NCBI GenBank assembly: GCA_963575745.1
Contig: CAUYUJ010000099.1
Coordinates: forward strand, 62,001 to 118,255
Reading direction: 5' to 3'
Source of the DNA: Prorocentrum cordatum
Taxonomy: Eukaryota
DNA: 56,255 nt
Shown piece by piece: positions 24,066-34,361 of this stretch. The notes under the pieces were generated by a model. That model was not told where the DNA came from and ran no database searches. It saw only the letters and a list, made by a program, of their open reading frames with translations. Every line of letters begins with the position of its first letter. Position 1 is the first letter of the stretch. Both the position numbers and the translations under genes were made by a program.

Positions 24066-26515
24066 CTGCTCCCGCCGGCGGGTTTGGGCGTCCCGCCGGT
24101 TGCGCACAGCCCAGTCGCGAAGTCGGGGTGGACCTGCTGTCGGTGTCCCCCCATGCCGAGGCTGAGCGACCATGAGGGGGACCGGCCGCAGCTCCAGGGC
24201 CGTGGGGCTGCTCAGCTCGCCAGGCGAGCCTGCCAGGACTTCGACGAGGTCGTCGACGCCTTGAATTGGTTGATGAACCGCACCTCCACATGCGACAGGC
24301 CGAATTTTGACCAGATGAAGGTGCACGCGCGGACCCTGGAATGCGTGGCTGAGCGCATGCCGCCGATGGAGACCGCGATCCCTTCCCCGCGAGCGGCCTT
24401 TTCTGAGCTGCTGCACGGCCGCAGTGTCTACGACGAGTCGGCCGGACGGAAAGTCGGACGTCTTCGCAATATGGGGCAGATATCTTTACCTAAGACCGCG
24501 GTGGGAGGGCAACGGCTGTTGGACATCGCCCCTGCCCATGCACGCCATTTTCTCGAAGACGGTTTTTCTCGGATGCTTCTAGATGAGGCTAGCTAGTTTA
24601 CGTTGTCGCCTTGATGAGTGTGATGTCATTCCTCACTGGGACCCTTCTCTGGCTCGCAACCGCAGACTCTACGTCCGCCTGGTGAAGCTCCTCTACGCCA
24701 AGGGCCTTCTGGTGCTCCTGGACGAGAGTGAGCGGCGCGAGGACGTCGGGATCTTTTTGAGTCTCCAAGAAGTCAGACCAACTGCGCCTTATCATAGATG
24801 CTCGGCGCAGCAACCTGCATTTCACTTCGCCCCCTGGGGTATCGCTCGTGACGGCCGAGGGGCTCGCCGGCATCGAGGTGGAGGGCGTAGAGTGCGGTGG
24901 CCAGCCGGACCTCGGTTTCACGCTGGGCACCTCCGACATCAGCGACGCCTTTCATCGGTTCAGGATCGACCGTGGGCTCTCCTCCTATTTCTGCCTCCGC
25001 CCCGTGACAGCGCAGGAGATCGGGGTGACCGGCAGGGCCGTCGGGGACAGTGCGGCGCCTCCCGACCGCCGCCTGGTGCCAGCCTGTGCCGCCCTGCCGA
25101 TGGGGTTCACCTGGTCGCTCTATTTCTGCCAGGAGGTGGGCGAGGCCGTCATGGACGCCACGCCCGGACTAGAGCGGGCCCACCGCATGAGCGACCGGGG
25201 CCCGACGACAGTGCTTCGGCCGTCGGCCCAGCTGGCCGAGGGAGGAGGCGCTCAGTATACGCACGTCGACAACCACGGGGTGATGGGCTTCGACGGCGCA
25301 GAGGTGTCCTCGAGCCTTGCCGCCGCCACCACGAGGTTCGACGCCGCGGGCCCGAGGGCGCACGAGACGGACATTCAGAGGGGCCGCGGCGTGACGCTGG
25401 GTTGCGTGCTGGACGGAGTCTCGCTGACCACCAGGCTCACGGCGAAACGCTACTGGCGGGTGCGACAAGGTGTCTCGCGGGCCCTGAGCTGCAGAGCCCT
25501 GCCAGGCTGGACATGGGAGATCGTCCTCGGTCACTGCACTTACTGCGCCATGTGCAACCGCGACCTCCTCCCGGTCTTCAACGCGATGTACAAGTTCATA
25601 GCGGTCCACTACCAGGAGGCCGCGCCGCTCTGGCCCACGGCGCGGGCCGAGATGGTCGCCTTCCAGGGCCTGATGCCCTTGCTGCGCGGCGACTGGGCGC
25701 TCCCGCGGTGCCCGCTGGTCTGCCTCTCCGACGCGTCGGAGCACGGCTACGCGGTGAGCGCCTCGCTGTTCGAGCCGGCCGCTGTGAAGGAGATCGGGCG
25801 GGTGCAGGAGCGATCCCGTTTCCGCCGCCTGGGCGGCCATTCCGCTCGGGCCCACTTCTTCGCCAGCAACGGCATCGTGATGACCAGTGCCGGGACGTTC
25901 AAAGATGCTGCCGATCTTGGTGAGCATGACGAGGTTGCGCCCCAGACCCAGCGGGGGCTTGACAGAACTTTCAAAGAGATGGCAGCGGAGATCTTCTCAG
26001 GGTCCCGCTGGACTGAGATAGTCGCCCGTGGGTGGCTTAATACTTCGGAGGACATTCTGGTCTACGAATCACGTGCCCTCTTGCGAGCTGTAGAGATATT
26101 GTGCAGCCTGTCACCGCGAGAGGGCGAGCATGCCGTCGTGAGCGACAACCTGCCCGCCGTGCTCTGCTTTGAGAGGAGGAGAGCAAAAAACTTTACTGTC
26201 CTCGCATGCATTCGTCGGGCTGTCGCCCTGTGCCTCTCCCTCAACAAGCGCCTGCACGTGAGATGGGTCCCGAACGAGCTCAACCCGAGTGACGAGGGCT
26301 CTAGGCTGTGCGACCCGAGCTACGACCCCGGTAAGACCCTGGTGCACACTTGGGAGGCTTCTGGGGACTACGGCAAAGTACCAGTGAATCGCAGGCTACC
26401 CCAGCATGTACATGAGCAAGATAATGCACGCACCAAGACGACGCACTATTGCAAGCACGTGGATACGGAAAACTGCAAGCACGACAAGTTTGGCAAAGAT
26501 GAGAGCACGAGCTAG
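24062..26515 (+). pseudogene. pol: DIRS-type reverse transcriptase + RNase H, frameshifted 5' part
   Basis: ATGA overlap with the gag stop. RT motifs KKSDQLRLIIDARRSN, SDISDAFHRF, LPMGFTWSLYFCQ, YTHVDN. RNase H motifs LSDAS, DILVYESRA, SDN, RWVPNELNPSDEGSR. Confidence 0.92.
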
Positions 26516-26524
26516 CACACAGTC

Positions 26525-27814
26525 ATGGGCCTCACCAGTACCTCAGCCACTACGAGCACGAGCCCCAGAACAGCCCCGCAGGCCCTCGACGAGCTCACCG
26601 AGACCCCCGGCACTCTAGACCCTCAGGACCTCCACGAGCCCCAGAGGAGCCAGCCTGCCGCCGTCGCCACCTCGGCTCCCGAGAGCGTCCCTGCGGGGGA
26701 GCCCCGGCGACCCGCCGCGGCGGTAGGCGATCAGGGGCACTGTCGCCGCCTGGCAACGCCGCTGCCGGCAGGAGGCAGCGCGCCCGCGCATGCCGCGCCC
26801 GAGCCGCTTGCGAAGCACTCGCAAGTGTTGTCGCCCGGGCCGGAGGGCCTGCCGAGCGGGCCACAGGCGCCAGCCAGCCAGACGCGGGCGCTGGGAGCGC
26901 CCCGGGACGGCGCGCGGCAGCGGCTCACCCTGGCCCCGCCCGCCTCAAGGGCCGCGGCGCGCGACCTAGAGGCGAACTGCAGCCCGACGGGCGACAGCGG
27001 GGGCAGCGACGCCACGACCGTGGCCAACGAGTCAGAGGCAGCTCGCACCCGTCAGCTCCGCCAGACGGCTCGGCACCACGCTCGGGCTGTCGCCCAGGCC
27101 AAGGCGCCGCCCAGTCTGGCGGGGCTCACGCTGCTGGAGCGCTCGGCGGTGAGGCTGGGCACAGAGGCGCAATACCAGGTAGAGCTCAAGACCTTCATCG
27201 ACGCCGTCAAGGAGCGCCAGCTCGTCGTGGACAGCGAGGTGGACGATGTGCTCGTGCACTACATGAACGGGCTATACGAGCCGGGCCATCACTCGAACAA
27301 GGGCGACGTGCTGCTGTCGGCCTTGCTGCACTTCCAGCCCGAGTATGGCAAGCTGGGGAGATCGCGCTTCCTCTGGGCCTGGCGATGCCTGAAGGGGTGG
27401 CGCCGGAGATGCGGGCGGCGCTCAAGGAAACCGGTCGCCCGCATGGTGTGGTCAGCTGTCGCCTGGGACCTCTGCTGCCGAGGGTGCTGGCTCATGAATG
27501 TGCACATCCTGTAGATGATCGTGACGCACCACCGCCCAGGCGAGCCGCTCACAATCCAGCGCCAGGATCTCATCCAGCCAGCAAAAGGAAGCTCGAACGA
27601 TTGGGGGGCGCTGCTGTTCCCGCTGTCAAGGGCGGCCACCCACAAGATGCTGGACCTACAGAACCGCCACGGCGATCACATGGAGCTGAAAAAGCGAGGC
27701 GGCCGGGAATGCAGGAGCTCGCTCAAGAGATACCAGAACGCCGCCAGGCTGAACCTCTCTGCCCACCGCCTGCTGCCTTGGGAGGTGGCTTCCCCCCGAA
27801 AGGCGGACCAGTAA
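26525..27814 (+). pseudogene. Tyrosine recombinase (internal TAG at 27512; apparent internal deletion)
   Basis: AWRCLKGWRR, HRPGE (catalytic R box), ELKKRGG...SLKRY (catalytic Y box). The HxxR box is absent. Confidence 0.8.
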
Positions 27815-27869
27815 CTCGAGGCTCTCTTCTTCGACCACGCGGCCGCCCTGCCTTTTGTGGCGCCGCGAA

Positions 27870-28618
27870 TTATCGCCAGTATTTTGCCGACCTGTTCTGT
27901 GGCGAGGGCGGCGTCGGGAAGGCAATTGCGCGCCGTGGTTACCCTGCACGACTCTGGGATCTTCGTTACAGCCAGAGCCTAGATCTCACCGATCACGCCG
28001 TGCTTCGCCGCCTGGAAGAGGATGCCAAGAGTGGTCTGATCCTCGGCGCAGCGATCGCAACAGAGTGCACCAGTTTCTCGATAGCAAGAATGCGAACTCG
28101 TTTCATCAGAACCTCGTCGCAGCCCTGGGGAGTTACAGACAGATCAGATTTCAGTGTCAATGATCACGCCGCACTACAGCGCGGCAACAAGCTGCTCAGG
28201 GCAACCCTCCGTATCATTCGTGCGCTAGACCTCTATCAGCTACCTTGGTTTTGGAAAACCCTTATAGCAGCATGATGTGGAAGATTCCGGCATTGCGGCG
28301 ACGAGCTCTACGGGGCGCCGCTCAGGTCTCACTGGATTTCTGCAGCTACGGAACGCGGTGGCGCAAGAGGACCCTTTTTCTGTTTGGCAACGTAGATGAT
28401 GCGTGTCTAGAACCTCTGCGCAACCGCCTCTGCTGTGGAAAAGGATGTTGTTTTTTTACAGCGGCCGCCCACACATCGAATTGAGCGGCCCACACCCCAG
28501 CAGAGGCATCCCGTGGACAAATGTGGCCGAACCTTACCCTACAGGCTTGTGCCGCGATCTCGCCGCCGCTCTCATTGCTGCTAGTTATCAGAGAACACCT
28601 TCTTGTTTCGGGAAGTGA
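27870..28618 (+). pseudogene. C5 DNA cytosine methyltransferase-like domain, two frameshifts in T runs
   Basis: Motif I FADLFCGEGG, motif IV-like ATECTSFS, motif VI VLENP, motif VIII-like DFCSYGTRWRKRT, C-terminal AEPYP. Confidence 0.85.
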
Positions 28619-28625
28619 TTTGGGG

Positions 28626-29046
28626 TATTGTGGTGGCCGTCCTGCTTAGCACAGACCGCCGTGTGGCCACGCCTCCGGCTGCTCTTCGCTGCCGGCCGAG
28701 CTTCGCCTGCCGCGCCGCGTTCCTCGAGACAGATTCTCTTGCCCAAAATGTTGGGAATGGAGCACTACCAGACATAGGAGCGCTTGCACGTGATTGTCTG
28801 GGTCGCCCCATGGCTTTTGATCTTTCTCAAGTGCACCCGGGGCCTGCCCTCCGCCATCCGAGTGCGCTTCCCACTGTCCTTTTCAGCCTCGAAGCATTAT
28901 TGTGGTGGCCGTCCTGCTTAGCACAGACCGCCATGTGGCCACGCCTCCGGCTGCTCTTCGCTGCCGGCCGAGCTTCGCCTGCCGTGCCGCGTTCCTCGAG
29001 ACAGACTCTCTTGCTCAAAATGTTGGGAATGGAGCACTACCAGACA
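28626..29046 (+). repeat. Split direct repeats B1-A2-(62-bp spacer)-B2
   Basis: B1 (28626-28774) and B2 (28898-29046) are 149 bp each with 4 transition differences. Confidence 0.97.
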
Positions 29047-29659
29047 AGGATTGTGGCATTTGCTTTTTTCGTCCTTCCGACGGCCCGAGACGGCCCAAGT
29101 GTTCCCAAAGATCACCCACGAGGCCCAAGACGGCCCCAAAAGGCCCCCAAGACGGCCCAATGCTTCCAAGACGCTCAAGATGGCCTCCAAGACGGCCCAA
29201 GAGCCCTCCAAGACGTCCTCCAAGAAGGCCCGAAAGGGTCAAAATGGCCATCAGACGGCCAAGAGGACCTTCAAGATGCCCACGTGTTCCCCGAAGGCTT
29301 TCCGAACCGATTCGGGGAACACATGGTCCGATAGCTTGGCAGGTCCGGCCTCAACGTTCGGCCACACAGGTGCTTCCAAAAAAGCTGAAGGATCCGACCT
29401 GGAGGGCGCATGTTCTTCCAGCGGGCACGCGCGAAACACATGATTTCCACGCCCAAAAGGTATTTGTATTGTTTTTGACGAGCGGAAATCCGCCGGCCCA
29501 CCCCCAACATGGCCTCCGGAGACGGATTATCATCTTAAGAGAGAACCTTGGGTTGGAGCACTTGCCAAGAACATGATCGACCACGAACCCAGAAGGGATT
29601 GAGAACTGCGAGGTATGGAACCGTTTCTAAGGATTTCAATTGAAGATGCGCTTGGGCGA

Positions 29660-30400
29660 TACCAGGGGGACATGCCAGGGGGGACGCGCCGGGGAACGCC
29701 CCAAGGGGCGCGCCTGGGGGCGTGCCAGGGGACGTGCCATGGGGACGCACCGCGGGATGTACCAAGGGGACGCGCTACGGAACTTGCCAGTGGACGTGCC
29801 ACGGGACGTGCCAAGGGACGCGCTGCGCGACGTGCCAAGGGGATTCGCCACGGAACGTGCAAGGGAACGTGCCAGGCGACTCGCCAGGGGACGTGCCAGG
29901 GAACGCGTCAGGGAACGTGCCGCGGGACGTACCTGACCCGCTGCGTCCGCGCTCCCAGGGCCACGATCCATCATGATTGGCCCGCGTCCGCGTTCCCAGG
30001 GCCACGATGCCAGCAAATTACGCTGCGCCCGCTCCCCCTGGGCCACGATCCCTCGTAACCCAGCTGCGTCCGCGCTCCCAGGGCCGTGCTCCCTCGTGCA
30101 TTGCGAGGTGTCCGCGCTCCCAGGGCCACGATGCCTCTTGAACTATGCCGTGTTCTTCGCGCCTCAAGAGCCAGGATCCCGGGATCCAGCGCCAATGACG
30201 CTGCATCCGCCCTCCCTGGACCACGATACCTCGTAGACAACGCTGCGTCCGCGCTCCCAGGGCCGCGCTCCCCCATGAATTGCGCAGCGTCCGCGCTCCC
30301 AGGGCCGCGATCCCTCATAAACGGTGCTGGGTTCGCGCCTCCGGGGCCAGGATCCCTAGTCAATTACGCCGCGTCCGCGCTCCCAGGGCCAGGATCGCTG
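29660..30400. repeat. Minisatellites: ~12-bp gggacgtgccag then ~40-bp gcgtccgcgctcccagggcc.. units
   Basis: Visible tandem units; the 12-bp unit recurs at 31260-31355 and 31567-31690. Confidence 0.9.
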
Positions 30401-30557
30401 CAAGACAAGCGCTTCGTCCGAGACATCCGCAGAGATTCGGCACGCCACAAGCAAACCTTCCTTCTGCACAACCAGCGCCGGGCTCGAGACATCCTCGAAA
30501 TCCTGCGCGCGGGACGCGCCATCCTCGAGCGGGAACGCAAAAATTAGATGTTCCATA

Positions 30558-30732
30558 CAGTCGGGGCCCTGAGGAATGAACCCTTTTCGTTGGGGAGGAG
30601 CTCCGCGTTCCTTGAGTGTTTCGCAGCTTGCCTCAGGCTTTCCTGATGTTTTCGATCGGAAATCGGAGTTTAGCTTATGGAAAAACGGGGCCTCGTTCCT
30701 TATTTTGGTTCCTTAGGTCAAGGCCCCGACTG
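30558..30732 (+). mobile_element. Tc1/mariner-type MITE family F, copy 2
   Basis: TA|cagtcggggcc...ggccccgactg|TA, with perfect 11-bp TIR and TA TSD. Confidence 0.9.
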
Positions 30733-31689
30733 TATTTGTTTACAAATTTCAGGGGCTCCAGACCTCGTGTTTCATCGCGGACTCTGCGCAAGACGCTCTG
30801 CAGTCTTACATATCAAGGGAAAACGGGTGTCTGCGGACCATGTTATTTATCGGGGATCGGAGATAGGGTGCGCATTTTCCTTGAACGGGCACGCGCGAAA
30901 CGAATATGTTGAACAACAATCAGGTTTCACATTGTTATTTATCGCAAACAACTCCGCCGGTCCACCTGAAGTCATGGCCAGGGGAAATTAATTCACTAAA
31001 AGAGAGCCATGGGCCTCCGCCTTTTCCGGTAAACATTATCGACCCACGAACCCTGAAAGGAATATAGAAACGTAAGGCATGCAATGTGTTCAAAACATTT
31101 GATTGGGCGACGGGCAAGTGCAGTGCTGAGTGTGCCGATATCGACGTATTGTGCCAAGGGCTGTGCTGTGCTGCGCCGTGCTGAATTGCGATGTGCCATG
31201 CCGCGATTGTGCCCTATAGCGTCGTGGATCGAGTCCCCCTTTGCATCCGAGTCTTGAAGCGGACGTGCCACGGGACGCGCCAGGGGACGCGCCGCGCGAC
31301 GTGCCAGTGGGACTAACCATGGAACGCGCCAAGGAACGTGCCAGGGAATGTGCCAGGTTGCAAAGCTGAGCATATCGATCTTGACGTGCCGTGCCGAGGG
31401 CTGTGCTGTGCCGCGCCGTGCTGAATTGCGATGTGCTATGCAGCGATTGTGCTCCTCTATAGCATTGTGGGTTGAGTCTTCCTTTGCATCCGAGTCCTGA
31501 CCGAACTGATCTGGATCTTAAGCTCGAGCTGCCTGAGCGCATAGTAGCTGCCACAGCTAATTGACAGGGGGACGTGCCAGGAGGACGCGCCGCGGTACGA
31601 CCCAAGGGACGCGCCAGGCGACGTGCCAGGGGACGTGCCATGGGGACGCACCGCGGGACGTGCCAAGGGGACGCGCTACGGGACGTGCT

Positions 31690-32312
31690 GGGGACAAGCG
31701 TTTCGCTCGAGACATCCTGCCCGAATCCTCATGCTAGACATCCGCCTGGGCGAACTGCGCACATGAAAACAAGCGTTTCGCTCAACACATCCTCATGCGA
31801 GACATCCGCCTGGGCGAACTGGGCACCTGAAAACAAGTGGTCCTCTCGAGACATCCTCAACACATCTTCAGGTTCGACGTCCGCCTGGGTGACCTGGGCA
31901 CGTGAGAACAAGCGTTTCGCTCGGGACGTTCTCAACACCTTCTCACGCTAGACACCCGCCTGGGCGACCTGGACACGTGAAAGCAAACGTCTCGCTCGAG
32001 ACATCCTCAACACATCTTCATGTTAGACATCCGCCTGGGCGACCTGGACACGTAAAAGCAAACGTCTCGCTCGAGACATCCTCAACAAATATTCATATTA
32101 GACATCTGCCTGGGCAACCTGGACGCGTGAAACCAAGCGTCTCGCTCGAGACATCCGCAAGATCTGGCACGTGATGACAAGCATTTCACATGAGACATCC
32201 TTTGAATTCTGGCCCCCAGGAGAGGAGCAGTCTATAACACGAAACAACGTTTCGCTCGAGACGTCCTCAACCAATTCTGAAAGGCAAGCGTTTTGCTCGA
32301 GACATCCTCAGA
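31690..32312. repeat. Degenerate ~60-75-bp tandem repeat (aagcgtttcgctcgagacatcctcaac...)
   Basis: Visible tandem units. Confidence 0.85.
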
Positions 32313-32734
32313 CATAATTTCGCCGGCCCTCTTGCCATGCCGTTATTCACCGCAAATGATTCCGCCGGCCTTCTTCCCGTCGTCCCTGGGGGGGGAACAA
32401 CTAGAAGAGAACCTTGGGCCAGAGCTCTCTCCGGGAACACTGCAAAGTGCTCGCACGCCCCCTCCCCCCCCCTTTCCCCCAAGAGCATGACCAAAGATGT
32501 TGCTTGCTGCGGAGTGCACTTTGCATTGTTTTCTGAATTGACACACCACTCACCCAGAACAGCGTTGCCCCCCACCCAGTGCAGCGCTTCGTGGCCCCAT
32601 AGGGAGGGAGTTTCACCGAAGAAGATTTTCACAATTGCGGTACCCACAACTGCAGATGGTTGGGTCCTTCGCCAGGATAATTGACGGGGCTGGCAGGGGG
32701 GGGGGGGGGGCGCACTGGCCTGGGCTTGTCGCCA

Positions 32735-32850
32735 ACGTGTGGGGGAGGTGGTGCGCATGTATCGGAAGCAGTGATAAAGCCCTCCCCGAAGGGGGTTGGA
32801 AGAGGAAACGCTCCAAACCACCTCCGCCCGAAAGGGCTGGTGGGATTCCT
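32735..32850 (+). repeat. Interspersed repeat shared with ~7530-7652
   Basis: ccctccccgaagggg...gttggaagag...accacct.cgccc..agggctggtgggatt in both. Confidence 0.8.
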
Positions 32851-33462
32851 GTAGGGAGCTTGTAAGGAGCGGGCTTGATACGGGTGGGCGCACTGCAGCA
32901 TCGTTCACGCATGTTGGGTTTATTCTGGTCACTCCTCCCCCGCTCCGCGTACGCTCAACCTGCATAGCAAGGATGAGCAACTTTCCGAGGTTTCTGGCCG
33001 GTTGCGCCAGTCGCGCCCCGCGCGCAAGGTGTCGGCATGGCCTTCCAAGGCCCTCGCATCCTTGCCGCGCGTCCTTACTATACGGGTTGGCTGTACCTCT
33101 ACGGGGAGAGGGGGCGGCGAGAACGAGAAGGGCGAGAAGGAGAAGAATGTGGACAGAGGAGAAGGAGAAGGAGAAGAAGAAGAAGGAGAAGGAGAAGGGC
33201 GAGAAGGAGAAGGAGAAGGAGAAGGGCGAGAAGGAGAAGGAGAAGGAGAAGAATGTGGACAGGGGGGGCGGCGAGAAGGAGAAGTCAACGGCATCAGGGC
33301 GGCGGGCGCCACAGGAGGTGGTGCCCCTTGCTGGGCTTGGCGCTCGCAGTCCCTTTGCGCTGCGCGGTCGCGGCCTTCCGCTGGCGACGCATGTAGATAA
33401 GCACTGCTGGCGTTCTAGCTGCTAGGGGCCGAGCAAAATGTAATGTTGTCAGGCGCGACAGT

Positions 33463-33679
33463 ACATGGACAATATATTCGAACCCAATGCAGACGTGAAG
33501 GGAATGCTGGTCCCCCCCCCTGCCCCCCCACTTCAATGTTGAGATCGGTATGGGTGTTGCTTTGGGGGTTCGAATATTCCTGTCCACCCAAGCCCCCCCT
33601 TCATTGCCACATCTCTCCAATATTAATTTGGGGGTCCGGGGGACATCTTGTGTCGCAGGGTTCGGATATATTGTCCATG
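33463..33679. repeat. Inverted-repeat (hairpin) element
   Basis: atggacaatatattcgaaccc ... gggttcggatatattgtccat. Confidence 0.7.
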
Positions 33680-34339
33680 AACGGGAGGGAGCACAGACGA
33701 GGAAGGAGAATATGAGGAAGGAACCATGTTCACAAGGCTCTGGATAAGAAGCGATTGCGGATACGAATGATGACCTCGGTGGGCGAACCCCAAATAGGGC
33801 CATCGGCTGTATGTATATATATATATATATATATGTATGTATATATTATTGTTTTTATAATAAAATGAAAACGTTTTTTCATAAACACACACATACATAC
33901 ATGTACAAGTGTACATGTTTAACTATATAAATTCACACGTGATCCCTTCCAAAGGTCATGGATTTCATTTCCCTTGGTGTTGATTAGATTCTCTCTTCCC
34001 TCTCTCTCTCTCTACCTTCTCTCCTTATCCTTCTCATGTTCCTTTTCCCTCTCTCCTTCCCCCCTACTCTTCCTCCGATGTTTTCTATATTTGTCCTCCC
34101 CTCCCCTGGGAGGCTGAAGTTCTGCAGCACACAAATTTGCAATACAAACAGATGTAGCGATGTGTCTGTCCATGTGCAGGGCAGCTTTACATGTGTATAC
34201 ATTTGTACATACATACACACATATGTATATGTTCACATACATACATGCATGCATACATACATGCATGCATACACACATACATGCATGCATGCGTACGTAC
34301 ATGCATGCATGTATGCAAACATACGAATATAACATACAT

Positions 34340-34361
34340 GTCGTAACCATTTTGGCTCAAG
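34340..34361 (+). other. Dinoflagellate spliced-leader (DinoSL) relic
   Basis: gtcgtaaccattttggctcaag, 20/22 to DCCGTAGCCATTTTGGCTCAAG. Confidence 0.9.

Larger units (their letters stand above)
22004..29046 (+). mobile_element. Tyrosine-recombinase retrotransposon (DIRS order, PAT/Ngaro-like split direct repeats) carrying a DNA cytosine methyltransferase-like domain; full length, decayed
   Basis: Terminal structure A1(22004-22066)...B1(28626-28774) A2(28773-28835) spacer B2(28898-29046). Contains gag-like, RT/RNaseH, YR and MTase coding regions. No TSD. Confidence 0.93.

Noticed and set aside
21984..27645. Long - strand ORFs over the DIRS element
   Set aside because: GC-rich antisense shadows of the + strand coding frames.
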